Part shown: positions 10,247 to 20,086 of the stretch, piece after piece
Position numbering within the stretch: position 1 is the first letter of the stretch
How the letters are laid out: each line of letters starts with the position of its first letter
Assembly (NCBI GenBank): GCA_965237675.1
Contig: OZ250150.1
Location: 4,640,001-4,704,000, forward strand
Source of the DNA: Candidatus Latescibacterota bacterium
Lineage (GTDB): Bacteria; Latescibacterota; UBA2968; GCA-2709665
Direction of reading: 5' to 3'
DNA: 64,000 nucleotides
Notes under the pieces: model-generated
Told to the model about the DNA's origin: nothing
What the model saw: only the letters and a program-made list of their open reading frames with translations
Databases searched by the model: none
Made by a program: the position numbers and the translations under genes

Positions 10247-12379
10247 TTGCCGGAACTTTTTGATGAACTGAAATCGGTGAATACGGGATCCGGCGCGGTG
10301 GCCTGGCTGCGGTTCGTCGAAGAAAAGGGCGGTAATGGCATACGGGCGGCGCTATTCCAGACGTCCGCACAGGGTGAACCACTGGACTTCTGCTTCACGC
10401 GGACGGTTTGCTCGGGATCTGGCGGACAACTGGCAATCGTCAAGCCGGGTTTCTTGCTATCGCTGGTAAAATCACTACTCAGAGCTATCACTTCTGTGCC
10501 AACGTTGATACTCGCTCGGGCCGATGAAGTACCTTATGGATCGATCAACGAAGAAATAAAGGTACAAGTACCCTTTTGCCGTATCGCAACATCCGGTGTT
10601 CGGCCCAATGGCGAATCGGACGACCCGCATAACGAAGGCTATGAATTGCTTTGGGTTACTGAAAAACCCAATCCAGATACCGAAGCGAGCCAACTTCTCG
10701 TAGAGATACTGGACCGGGGCAATCCCGCTGAACCTTTCGAACGGGCGACTGCAGGATTGGACGTAGCGTTTGGCGACGATCGGATTCACGCTGTCACCGA
10801 CCTTTCGGGTTTGGCCGTTGTAGTGAGCTTATCTTCATTGCCCGAACGCCCCGGATATCCAGCCAGCGATTACTCGGCAATTCGTGAGAATATCCATAAG
10901 GCAAGTTCAGGCCCACGACCCGACGTAACTCTGGCCGAACGTTTGTGGACCGTTCTGGCCAATCCGCCGGAACCTTCGCGAACGATCCCGCTGCATTGGG
11001 CCGGTGACTTGATGCCCTTCCAGGAGCAGGGTGTCCGGGCTTTGCTGGAAAACCGCCGGCTGCTGTTAGCCGACGACATGGGCCTGGGTAAAACCGTACA
11101 GGCGATCACAGCCTTACGGATTCTCCGGGCACGTCGCGAAATCAAATCGTGCTTGATCACGGCTCCTGCAAGCGTGCTGAACCAGTGGCGGCGCGAAATC
11201 GAAAAGTGGGCGCCTGAGCTTTCCGCCATCATCATCCGTGGTTCGGTATCGGACCGCAGTTGGCAGTGGCATGCCGAGAAAGAAATAACACTCGTGAGTT
11301 ACGATACTCTGAGGTCCGACTTCAGCACCCAATCTCTGGTGGGTCGCAAAAATTGGGATGTGGTCGTAGCGGACGAGGCTCAGAGAATCAAGAACCGCAA
11401 CGATACGAGCGATGCCCTGAAGGGGTTGAAAAGAAATCGCTCCTGGGCTCTGACCGGCACCCCTATGGAAAATCGCGAAGAGGAGCTGGCCTCGATACTG
11501 GAGTTCGTTGATTATGACCGCACTGGAGTGACAAAGCGGTACCGTCCAGGTGTGGAATTGCAGAGGCGTCACCGTGAGTTGCAGGTTCGACGCAAAAAAG
11601 CGGAGGTCTTGAAAGACCTGCCCGTCAAGCAGGTCACGAAGGCAGACATCGAGTTGGGCTCCCGCCAACGCGAGAGCTACGATAAGGCCGAACAGGAAGG
11701 CATCGTCTACCTGAAGTCTCTTGGCGCGGAAGTCAACGTGCGGCACGTGCTTGAGCTCATCACTCGCTTGAAGCAAATCTGTAACGCCGACCCAAAGACC
11801 GGTGAATCCAGCAAATTGGCCGACATCAAGGACCGCGTGGACCAACTGGTATCCCAGGGACACAAGACGCTAATCTTTTCGCAATACGTCAGCGACACAT
11901 CCGGCGTGGGCGCCGTGGCCAACCACGTGCGAGATTTCATTCCGCTTACCATCACGGGAGACTTGCCCCAGGAGGAGCGAGCCGAGATCATCGAACGATT
12001 CAAAACCTGCAGCGAACACAAAGTGTTGGTACTGTCGCTGCGGGCGGGCGGACTGGGATTGAACCTGCAGGAGGCGTCCTACGTGATTCACCTGGACCGT
12101 TGGTGGAACCCCGCCGTAGAAAGTCAAGCCGAAGACCGAAGCCACCGCATCGGCCAGACGGTCAAAGTCAACGTCATCAAGTATTCCTGCATCGGAACCA
12201 TTGAGGAGCGTATTGACGATATTCTGGAGAACAAACGGGAACTGTTCAACCAACTCATCGACGATGTGTCGATGGATCTGTCCGCCCAGTTGAACAGTGA
12301 TGAACTTTTCGGGCTGTTCGGACTAGCACGGCCGCTCGACTCGTGCATTCAGGATAAAAAAGGACCAATCCAAAAGTAG
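10247..12379 (+). CDS. SNF2/SWI2-family helicase with an unrecognised ~240-aa N-terminal region
   Basis: LLADDMGLGKT, DEAQRIKN, ALTGTPMEN, GGLGLNL, WWNPAVESQAEDRSHRIGQ. Confidence 0.95.
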   Translation: MPELFDELKSVNTGSGAVAWLRFVEEKGGNGIRAALFQTSAQGEPLDFCFTRTVCSGSGGQLAIVKPGFLLSLVKSLLRAITSVPTLILARADEVPYGSINEEIKVQVPFCRIATSGVRPNGESDDPHNEGYELLWVTEKPNPDTEASQLLVEILDRGNPAEPFERATAGLDVAFGDDRIHAVTDLSGLAVVVSLSSLPERPGYPASDYSAIRENIHKASSGPRPDVTLAERLWTVLANPPEPSRTIPLHWAGDLMPFQEQGVRALLENRRLLLADDMGLGKTVQAITALRILRARREIKSCLITAPASVLNQWRREIEKWAPELSAIIIRGSVSDRSWQWHAEKEITLVSYDTLRSDFSTQSLVGRKNWDVVVADEAQRIKNRNDTSDALKGLKRNRSWALTGTPMENREEELASILEFVDYDRTGVTKRYRPGVELQRRHRELQVRRKKAEVLKDLPVKQVTKADIELGSRQRESYDKAEQEGIVYLKSLGAEVNVRHVLELITRLKQICNADPKTGESSKLADIKDRVDQLVSQGHKTLIFSQYVSDTSGVGAVANHVRDFIPLTITGDLPQEERAEIIERFKTCSEHKVLVLSLRAGGLGLNLQEASYVIHLDRWWNPAVESQAEDRSHRIGQTVKVNVIKYSCIGTIEERIDDILENKRELFNQLIDDVSMDLSAQLNSDELFGLFGLARPLDSCIQDKKGPIQK

Positions 12380-12632
12380 AGTAGAGATGGGGCGCAGCGT
12401 GATTCGAGCCGTGACCGAAAAGCGCGAGACGCAGACGCAAACCTTCCGCGTGTTTGCAGTTCCGTGGCAGGCAATCCACACGTGTCTGCGCCTTGCTGTG
12501 CCGATCTCGCGATGGCACACAGTGTGATGCTCAACCCTGCCCTTCGGCCAACGCCCTTTTTGCTGTCGTATTATCTACCAATAGACGATATAACGCGATT
12601 CACAAACCCTCGAGCCAAAAGGAGATCTCACA

Positions 12633-12836
12633 TTGCAGGCTCCAACACCGCAAGACAAACTGGCCGAATTTGACGCCCGTTCGTCGCGGATCGAGGGGAT
12701 TGTTGAGCAGATGGATGCACGCTTGAACAGCCTCCAGCAAGGCCAACGTGATATTTTGTCCTGGATTCGATGGCTTTTAGGAATCCAGATTACAAGCTTG
12801 ATCACGCTTGGCACGCTCATTTTGATCAAGCTTTGA
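12633..12836 (+). CDS. small coiled-coil protein with C-terminal TM helix
   Basis: AGGAG RBS; heptad-like N-terminus and hydrophobic WIRWLLGIQITSLITLGTLILIKL. Confidence 0.65.
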   Translation: MQAPTPQDKLAEFDARSSRIEGIVEQMDARLNSLQQGQRDILSWIRWLLGIQITSLITLGTLILIKL

Positions 12837-13099
12837 TCGAGCTTGGATAACCCCAACTGCGGGTTTCCAATTCCGCGATATAGACCCGCGGCCTCATTGA
12901 AACCCCTTCGACAAGCTCCTAAGTGTCGGTACTGATGCATCCGTCAACGTTCGGCGTTGCTTCGCCATCTTCATTGTTCCCTATTTTTAAAAAGGGAATT
13001 ATAGCGCAAAGTCACATTTCAACGATACCCGCACTTTGTTCCCCTTCCTGTTACGGTCTGTACAACCCGGTACGTACATGCGTTTCTATATTTTTATAC

Positions 13100-13129
13100 T
13101 TGACAAACCGTACTCCGTTAACGTACTTT
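13100..13129 (+). promoter_or_regulatory. putative sigma70 promoter
   Basis: TTGACA (13100-13105), 18 bp, TACTTT (13124-13129), upstream of ATG 13169. Confidence 0.45.
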
Positions 13130-13168
13130 TGTGAAAAGATATGCAAATGACAACCACGGGAGTACGCA

Positions 13169-13525
13169 ATGAACGGGAAAACTACAAGGTCGTTGTCAGA
13201 TGTCATTCAAGTAAACGTCCTTTTGTATAGGAACGAAGATGTTTGGATTGCTCAGGGTCTTGAATATGATATTGTTGCTCAAGGACAGACAATACCCCAG
13301 GTCAGGGCTCGGTTTTACGTTACAATTATGACTCATTGCCATTTTGATGCCACAAATAACCGGGAAATCTTACAAGGCATTGAGAAGGCCCCTGAGAAGT
13401 TCTGGACCATGTTTGAAGAAGCCGAGGACGCTCAGCTAAAACGCAATCATCGTCGATTTGCTCTTGATGAATGGAAAACATCTTTGATGCCTGTTGTAAA
13501 AGCGAACTCTCGCGTTTGCGCATGA
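13169..13525 (+). CDS. HicB-like (partial RNase H fold) antitoxin candidate
   Basis: VLLYRNEDVWIAQGLEYDIVAQGQT resembles the HicB N-terminal domain; AT-rich. Confidence 0.6.
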   Translation: MNGKTTRSLSDVIQVNVLLYRNEDVWIAQGLEYDIVAQGQTIPQVRARFYVTIMTHCHFDATNNREILQGIEKAPEKFWTMFEEAEDAQLKRNHRRFALDEWKTSLMPVVKANSRVCA

Positions 13526-13535
13526 GGATTTCGCT

Positions 13536-13781
13536 GTGTTTTATCTGACGTTTGAACAGTTCAAAGAGTGTTTAATACAAAATTTCGATTGCGAATGTGA
13601 TATTCAGGAAAGCGGCACAGATGTTATTGGAACTTATTGGGGTTTTACCCGCACAGTCGACGGAGAATTACTATATTCAGGAACAGCAGGCAAACCCAAT
13701 GAACAAATCAGGAGACCACAAATCAGAGCAGTTTTGAGAGCATTGCAAATAGACCGGAATGAATTTTACGGTCATGTTTAA
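13536..13781 (+). CDS. small protein, possible divergent HicA-like partner
   Basis: 81 aa; C-terminal IRAVLRALQIDRNEF resembles HicA ends; no GSH motif. Confidence 0.5.
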   Translation: MFYLTFEQFKECLIQNFDCECDIQESGTDVIGTYWGFTRTVDGELLYSGTAGKPNEQIRRPQIRAVLRALQIDRNEFYGHV

Positions 13782-13830
13782 AGAAGCAAATCTCAAAAAG
13801 TAACCTGACCTCCCATAACGCTATCAACAG

Positions 13831-13866
13831 CCTGCCAGAAGTAACATACTGGCAGGTTTTTTATTT
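13831..13866 (+). terminator. rho-independent terminator
   Basis: CCTGCCAG-N10-CTGGCAGG followed by a T run. Confidence 0.75.
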
Positions 13867-13901
13867 CCCTAACCCTTACCCATATTGTTGCCAGCGTTAT
13901 C

Positions 13902-14081
13902 CTACCGCTTCCCTTTCGGATCAACAATCCGAAGTTCTACATCCTGAACAACCGCCCGTAGCAACTCCTCCGGGCTCGCATCTATCACAATCTCCTCTTC
14001 CATCTCCGCCTTCGTTGGCCTATACCGACTATCAACAACCTCTACCACCGGCTTCTTCTTACGCTCATCCGTAGTACCCAT
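13902..14081 (-). CDS. small hypothetical protein (59 aa)
   Basis: MGTTDERKKKPVVEVVDSRYRPTKAEMEEEIVIDASPEELLRAVV; ends at the shared terminator region. Confidence 0.55.
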   Translation of the reverse strand: MGTTDERKKKPVVEVVDSRYRPTKAEMEEEIVIDASPEELLRAVVQDVELRIVDPKGKR

Positions 14082-14155
14082 TACAATTCCCATTTGAAAG
14101 CGGGGAACTGTCTCATCTAATATAGGCACAGAGGGTATCGAGTGCTCCCATGTAT

Positions 14156-14911
14156 TCATTCCTCCGATAAATCTGCCGCGATAACACTGAACGCGCCTTT
14201 CGGATGCGTCTCATATTTGCCCTGGGTCAGCGCTTTTTCAAGTGCCGATTTCGCGTTCTCGATAGGACGGGGGTTGTGACCGTTCACGACAATCTCGAAG
14301 TCGTAATCTTCAAGGCGTTCATACCTGCGTCTCATTTCATCGAGACAGACTTCACCATTCATCTGCGACCGGATTCCGCCTTCCTTAATCCAGTACGATA
14401 CGGCCGCACCATCGAACCCTCCCCTGCGGGACTGTCCATATATCGTATCTGCGCAAATCAGGACCCGGGATGTCCTGGAAGCCCTCCACAACAGCCACAT
14501 CTCACCTCTATTATCTCCCGACCAGATCGCGCGAATGTTCCCGGGAAGTATATCGCCATCTCGATATAGTTCATCTGACTTCAGTCTGATACGTGACCTG
14601 GCAGGGGCCAACGCCGGAACGTATACAGGTATCTTGAACCGTCTGCTGAACCACTCGACATCTCGTTGGTGGTTTGGACTCGTGCAGACAACGGCTTGAA
14701 ATCGACAATCTGCATATTCCTTCAGGACATTCGGAGCATGTCTTCCTATGGGCTGAATCGGATCAATCAGAATGGCTCCCTCGGATGTGGAAAGCAGATA
14801 TGACTGTTGAATATCGTTATTGCCCCATGTCGTCCATCGAACCAGTTCTGGCTTTGGTTTTGTCCCGATCTCAATGTGAAACCGGATACCGGACTGAATA
14901 AAGGTCTCCAC
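14156..14911 (-). CDS. metallo-beta-lactamase-fold protein (degenerate metal site)
   Basis: GAILIDP, CTSPNHQRD, CADT and NGHN motifs. Confidence 0.7.
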   Translation of the reverse strand: METFIQSGIRFHIEIGTKPKPELVRWTTWGNNDIQQSYLLSTSEGAILIDPIQPIGRHAPNVLKEYADCRFQAVVCTSPNHQRDVEWFSRRFKIPVYVPALAPARSRIRLKSDELYRDGDILPGNIRAIWSGDNRGEMWLLWRASRTSRVLICADTIYGQSRRGGFDGAAVSYWIKEGGIRSQMNGEVCLDEMRRRYERLEDYDFEIVVNGHNPRPIENAKSALEKALTQGKYETHPKGAFSVIAADLSEE

Positions 14912-15033
14912 ATTTCTCTCCGAAATGGTGGTTTATCACCGTCAAAAAAAATCCCAAAACTGTGCGATGAGCTTGGGAACACCGAATTCGGGTCTCTGCG
15001 TTGTCGGGTATGGCAGTGTCGCGGGGTTGATTT

Positions 15034-15417
15034 CTACACCTGCATTATCTGAATGAGATTGCCGCACGTATCATCAAAGACCGCCAGGATAACGTCTTCC
15101 AACTCGGTCGGCTCCATCGTAAATCTCACCCCGAGTGCATTTAACCGCTCATACTCTGCACGAATATCCTCCACGCCAAAGGCCGTAGCGGCGATACCCT
15201 GTTCGAATATTCCTGTCTGGTATGCCTTTGCTACCGGATTGTCATTCGGCTCGAGCAAAAGCTCAGTCCCGTCCTGGTCTTCGGGTGAAACGACGGTGAG
15301 CCACTTGAACTCCCCGACGGGGATATCATGCTTTTTCACAAAGCCAAGAGCTTCTGTATAGAACTTCAGTGCTTCGTCCTGGTCTTCAACAAATACACTA
15401 TTGAGTATGATCTTCAT
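15034..15417 (-). CDS. VOC / glyoxalase-bleomycin resistance family protein
   Basis: FVEDQDEALKFYTEALGF and FDDTCGNLIQI. Confidence 0.93.
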   Translation of the reverse strand: MKIILNSVFVEDQDEALKFYTEALGFVKKHDIPVGEFKWLTVVSPEDQDGTELLLEPNDNPVAKAYQTGIFEQGIAATAFGVEDIRAEYERLNALGVRFTMEPTELEDVILAVFDDTCGNLIQIMQV

Positions 15418-15447
15418 TTTGGAGTTGGCCCGGTTTAGTGGTCGGTT

Positions 15448-15840
15448 TCAGTCTTCGGTGTCAAGCCCTGTTCTTATCGCATCCAATCCTATCGCCATAC
15501 CCGGAGGATTGTGATCCATCGCCACGAACCCACTGCTCAACAGATGCGCTCTCAGATTCTTCGGCTCTGCTTTCGGACCAAACTTCAGGATCGGTGGAAG
15601 CTTCCTCTGCTCAATCTCCTCACGAATACGGTGTATCCGGCTCTCGAGAGTTTCGTCGCGGAAGCGAGGTTCGACGAGGTAGTTCGGCCACCACGGCTTT
15701 CCGATGACCACGGTGAAGTCTTCCTCCCTCAAGATGGTTTTTCGGCCCATGGCGGCGGCGAAGAGGAACAGATCGATGTTGTTCTGCTCGATCGCAGCCG
15801 TGACCTGGGAATCCGAATAGTTTTTCAAAATAGAAGACAT
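15448..15840 (-). pseudogene. probable N-terminal fragment of a GNAT-family protein
   Basis: L..HLLSSGF...PGMAIGL is typical of the N-terminal half of two-domain GNATs; the ORF ends right after it. Confidence 0.45.
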
Positions 15841-15850
15841 CCATTAAGCC

Positions 15851-16435
15851 TCAGCGCCTGATTTCGCCGCGGAGTTTCGACAGCAAGACCTTGTCGACGT
15901 CCGGAAATCGACACAATTCTGCAAGCAAGGTTTCCACATTCTCATCCGAATACGCCAGCCCTGGTCGACCCAGTTTTTCGCAGGCGCTGATCATGTAGTG
16001 ATTGGCATCTCTCTCGCCCCGCCTGGCTCGCTTAACCGCCCAGGCGATATTCCAGAACGCAGACGTGGCGACAGACCAGTCCGGAAACGGTGAAGGCCAT
16101 TTCTGAAGGGCGTCCCGGTTCGACCTGATATCGAGTTCTATCCTCCAAAACACGGGATAGTCGTGAAAGTTGATCCGGATGTTCTGTGCCATCCTGTCGT
16201 TTTTTTGCTGTGGATCATACCGGACGGAAAGTGGGCCGAAATGTTCTCCCAGACACTCCACCAAAGAATCGAAAAATTCCCGCGTGAGTTCAACCTGGAC
16301 ATTGACTTCAAGGTCGACGTCGCTGTATTCGTCGACTTTCCCTGAGGCGAATGAACCGAGGAAGGTGACCTTTCCCGGTTCGAGATGCCTTCGCAGGACG
16401 GCACGTACCTCGTTTCCGAATTGATGTATCGTCAT
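15851..16435 (-). CDS. Pol-beta-superfamily nucleotidyltransferase
   Basis: GSFASGKVDEYSDVDL signature. Confidence 0.85.
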   Translation of the reverse strand: MTIHQFGNEVRAVLRRHLEPGKVTFLGSFASGKVDEYSDVDLEVNVQVELTREFFDSLVECLGEHFGPLSVRYDPQQKNDRMAQNIRINFHDYPVFWRIELDIRSNRDALQKWPSPFPDWSVATSAFWNIAWAVKRARRGERDANHYMISACEKLGRPGLAYSDENVETLLAELCRFPDVDKVLLSKLRGEIRR

Positions 16436-16590
16436 TGCAAAATCACTAAAGGCAGAAAAACAGGTGTGTCTTCATTCAGGCGAGAACTCCGATCGTCCGC
16501 CGACGCCATTCGCCCGCGTCATTCTTCGTCCTGCAGCCTGGGCCCGCTGTTGCCTGAAGTATATTCCCCGGTGCGCGCTGTCGAACAGAG

Positions 16591-17379
16591 CTATTGCCGG
16601 CCATTCAGGAGGAATATCATTTCCGGCGTGTCCGGCCCTATCGGTTTCCGATCAAACGAACCGAATTCCCCCACACCCTCGAGACCTGCAGCGCAGAAAA
16701 GCGCTTTGAGGTGAGGATAAGTATAGACGCTCATCTTGAATGGTTCCACTTCCTCGGATAGAACCTGGTCACCCTCGCACAGCCGGAAGATGAAGGTCCC
16801 GGAAAAAACCAGATTGACCGGGTCGAACCCGTCCTTTACAAAGTACCGCCGGATCATTCGATCCGTCCCATCCTGTGCCGGCCACTCCAGATCCAGAAGT
16901 TCCTCGCCGGCGCCCGATAGTAGCTTGTCGAAGCGGGGATTGAATACGTCAAACGCGAGGACTCCCCCATCTGCCAAATGTCTCCCGGCGTTTCTCAGGG
17001 CTGCCAGTTGGTTTTCTGTCGTATACATATGCTGCATGGGTCTGAATGGGATCACGACCAGGGGATATTGATCGCCAAGACAAAGAGTCCTGAAATCTCC
17101 CTCTACAACTCGTACTCTGCGCCTTACGGCGGCAGGTTCATCGGCGAGCTTTGCCCGCAGGACCTCCAGCATCGCGCGAGATGCATCTATCCCCGTGACG
17201 TCAATGCCCTGTCGGGCAAGCGGCAAAGTGATTCTACCGGTCCCGCAGCCAAGCTCGAGTACAGGTCCCCCATACTCCCTGGCCAGTTCCAGATAGAAGT
17301 CCCTGTCGACCAGGTCTTCCTTGACGCTGTATGCGGCGTCGTAGTGCTTCGCTGCCAGACTGTAGGAATCATCGATCAT
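16591..17379 (-). CDS. class I SAM-dependent methyltransferase
   Basis: VLELGCGTGR, GIDAS, HLADGGVLAFD. Confidence 0.93.
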   Translation of the reverse strand: MIDDSYSLAAKHYDAAYSVKEDLVDRDFYLELAREYGGPVLELGCGTGRITLPLARQGIDVTGIDASRAMLEVLRAKLADEPAAVRRRVRVVEGDFRTLCLGDQYPLVVIPFRPMQHMYTTENQLAALRNAGRHLADGGVLAFDVFNPRFDKLLSGAGEELLDLEWPAQDGTDRMIRRYFVKDGFDPVNLVFSGTFIFRLCEGDQVLSEEVEPFKMSVYTYPHLKALFCAAGLEGVGEFGSFDRKPIGPDTPEMIFLLNGRQ

Positions 17380-17478
17380 TGTGAGTCGCCCATCGTGCTG
17401 TCAGGGTCTGTCCATTTGATGTAGCGGTGTGCCGGTCTGCGAAACCGGTCAAGCGGCGTTGTCCGCCGTATGGTTCGC

Positions 17479-18291
17479 TCATGCCGAGCCAACCAGTTTC
17501 TCCCTCAGTTTGACCGCCGTCTGGTACGCATCCGCAAGAAACTCAGTCAGCGGTTGAGCGCGATCCTGGGGCACGGCCTCAATCATAACTGGACCTTCGT
17601 ACGATGCGGGATATGCTCTCGAAACTGCATCCCAATTGACGATTCCCTTCATCGGCAACCAGTGAACGTCGCCCTGTCCGTCGGTGTCTGAAAAGTGGGT
17701 CGTGCTGAGACGATTCGCCCACTTCCCAAGCACAGCGGCGGGAGTGCCGGAATGCAGGTAGTCGTGTGAGCTATCGTAGCACAAGCCCAGGCTCTCCAGA
17801 GGAACTTCATCTAAAACGAAGTCCACGTGATTGGTTGCCCTTGTATTCTCAAGCGCCAATTCGATTCCAGCATTTGCTGCTTCCTCGCCCAGCCGTCGAA
17901 AAATGTCCTGTCCTTCCGCGTGAGGCGGAGGCGGCGTTGGCCCCCTGGTTACGTGAAGCACAATGCAGGAAATGGAGTGCCGGCTGCAGTACTCAATCAA
18001 CTTGAGGTTCTCACGAACCAATGCATCGCGTTCGCTGGGCTTTTCAGACCAGAAAGCATTTGCGTCTTCGAATGTTGCGTGGGCGTGATCCACCTTAAGC
18101 CCGGCATCTGCAGCCATTCCCGGCAATTCGTTTGCGCGACCGGATTCCACCAGGGGTTCCTGGCTTCCCATCCACAGAAATGTGTGACTGAAACCACTCT
18201 TCCTGATCAGACTCAGGCGAAAGGAAAAAGGCAGTTGGCAGCCGAACCAGGCAAATGTGCCGAGAGAGGCTTCGGCTCTACCGGGAGTCAT
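17479..18291 (-). CDS. sugar phosphate isomerase/epimerase (xylose isomerase-like TIM barrel)
   Basis: ALEN, CYDSSH, HFSD, DVHWLP..G, MIE metal motifs. Confidence 0.88.
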   Translation of the reverse strand: MTPGRAEASLGTFAWFGCQLPFSFRLSLIRKSGFSHTFLWMGSQEPLVESGRANELPGMAADAGLKVDHAHATFEDANAFWSEKPSERDALVRENLKLIEYCSRHSISCIVLHVTRGPTPPPPHAEGQDIFRRLGEEAANAGIELALENTRATNHVDFVLDEVPLESLGLCYDSSHDYLHSGTPAAVLGKWANRLSTTHFSDTDGQGDVHWLPMKGIVNWDAVSRAYPASYEGPVMIEAVPQDRAQPLTEFLADAYQTAVKLREKLVGSA

Positions 18292-18325
18292 GAGTGGCTC
18301 TTCTCATCAATATAGCGCCTGCTGC

Positions 18326-18365
18326 GCATTGGCGAACAGAGACGATAATCCGGAGCGGATCTGAG
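18326..18365. repeat. intergenic repeat family B, copy 1
   Basis: GCATTGGCGAACAGAGACGATAATCCGGAGCGGATCTGAG aligns without gaps to 30360-30399 and 33971-34010. Confidence 0.65.
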
Positions 18366-18411
18366 AAATCGCTGGAGTGTGTAATCGAAAGGCATATTGC
18401 CGGCGTGCGCG

Positions 18412-18804
18412 TTAACCCTCAGTCGCCGCGCCAGCGAGGGATTGCTCCCGCGCAGCACTCCGGAACAGCCAGGCCGAGCCGATCCACAACACAATGAAGA
18501 AGCCGTTCAGGCCGAGGATCTCAAGCGGTCCGCTCGCGGGGTAGCCCAACCTGGCGATCAGTGCGATCAGCGTGACGAGGGCCTGGGCGAGCGCCGTCGC
18601 GAACAGTGCGAGCGCCATTCCACGCGGCTCGAAACGCGCGATGACGGCGCCGATAATCCCAACGGCGAGCACCCCCAAATACATCAGGTTGGCGTCGTTG
18701 TTCTCGGATCCGATCACGCCGACCGCGCCGTTCACCCAAAGGAGGATGAGCGCTGTCGCAAGCGCGACGCCGACCGCAGATCGGTACGGATTACGCGTCT
18801 TCAT
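18412..18804 (-). CDS. membrane protein (4 TM)
   Basis: Four hydrophobic segments; AGGAG RBS. Confidence 0.85.
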   Translation of the reverse strand: MKTRNPYRSAVGVALATALILLWVNGAVGVIGSENNDANLMYLGVLAVGIIGAVIARFEPRGMALALFATALAQALVTLIALIARLGYPASGPLEILGLNGFFIVLWIGSAWLFRSAAREQSLAGAATEG

Positions 18805-19018
18805 TGCTGCTCCTTTCGTCCCGGCGTCGATGATCGACCATCAAGTTTTGCGGATTTCCATTTACGATACACTTCACACACGCCATAAGCCGAATTCTTA
18901 GCCTTTTTCGGCGCCGATATTGCCGCTGACGATCCGCCCTGCCCGAACCCTAAAGGAGTCTCGCGAAGGGTCAGCCAGAAACCGGACACGGGCGTGTCAG
19001 CCCTTCGTGACGCTTCTT

Positions 19019-19576
19019 CTATTGGCGGCGCTGACGCGCAATATACTTGCGCAGCTTCTGGATCGCGGGAAGGTCTACATCTCTCAGAGGTGCGCCAGCA
19101 GGGTGTTTGTGGAAGTTGACCTTCTCGTCCAGTTGTGCCTCAGCGCTGAGGATCGGGCAGGACAGGTCGCCCAGCCGCCTTTCCGGTGCACAAAAGGCTT
19201 CATGCGGATAAGGCCAATCGGTCCATCGGCCTGAGGTAACCACGTCTCCGGATTGGGTCATCTCGAGTAGTCCAAAACTGACATACTGATCGAGTCTCCA
19301 AAACCCGATGTGTTCGTCGGGATGCCGGACTTTCTGTTGGGAATACCCCAAGGTACCAAGACACACGGTTACCTCCGGCGCATCTGTTTTCCATATTGCC
19401 CAATCGATGTCGCCGTGTACGCGCGAGACTTCGCCTAACAGAAAGTCCAATCCCCAACCCCCTCCCAGCCAGTGCGGAATCGAACGAGATCGCAATGCCT
19501 CATGAATCTCTCTGATCAGATCAAGCTGGACAGAATTGGGATCTTCCAAACACGCACGATTTACAATTCGAGACAT
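19019..19576 (-). CDS. nucleotidyltransferase, ANT(2'')/LnuA-like family
   Basis: HWLGGGWGLDFLLGEVSRVHGDID signature. Confidence 0.85.
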   Translation of the reverse strand: MSRIVNRACLEDPNSVQLDLIREIHEALRSRSIPHWLGGGWGLDFLLGEVSRVHGDIDWAIWKTDAPEVTVCLGTLGYSQQKVRHPDEHIGFWRLDQYVSFGLLEMTQSGDVVTSGRWTDWPYPHEAFCAPERRLGDLSCPILSAEAQLDEKVNFHKHPAGAPLRDVDLPAIQKLRKYIARQRRQ

Positions 19577-19943
19577 GGGTCGAACTCATGGAAAACGGAA
19601 TGATTCTATACGCCGAACCGGTTTAACAGGTGACGATCGGCAATTTCTGTCGGCGCCCAGTGCCGTTCAGGCGGACGAGCACCGGATATCGTCAAGTCGG
19701 AATTGCTTATTAAGGTGCTGCCCGCAGTGTTCCCGCGGTTCCGAGATCCACTACCTTTACCCGCCGACTTACTCAGTCCTAAAGCTTCGGATGGCCTTTG
19801 CGGCTTTACTTCAACAGGTGGATCGTTGTTTTGACAATTAGTACAGCGAAAAGTTGCAGCCTCTATGAGCGATGCCAGCTGTTTCGCGTCGTCCATTTTC
19901 CGCCCCAAACGGGGTTGTTAGAGGAATTGAGATGCGTCGGACT

Positions 19944-20064
19944 ATACAACGGTCCGGAGAGCAACGCTATCCGTTCCGGAATGCGGACCTTTGAAGCGGG
20001 TTACCGAAGGCCCATTCGCGTCAAATCACGCGAACGGACCTCTGCCCCAGTGCAATGGTTAGAC
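19944..20064 (-). repeat. attC-like site
   Basis: ATACAAC ... GTTAGAC; the latter is a perfect GTTRRRY 22 bp beyond the phoD stop. Internal pairing is weak. Confidence 0.45.
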
Positions 20065-20086
20065 GTATCGGCGGACGTAGCGCCGC

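Noticed and set aside
7160-12379. Calling the operon BREX or Shango
   Set aside because: No PglX, PglZ, BrxC or recognisable TerB domain is present, and the helicase is SNF2-type rather than Lhr-like.
19606-19908. 100-aa minus-strand ORF with a CxxC motif
   Set aside because: No family was recognised and its 3' half runs through a spacer-like palindrome. It may be a relic, but support is too weak to annotate.
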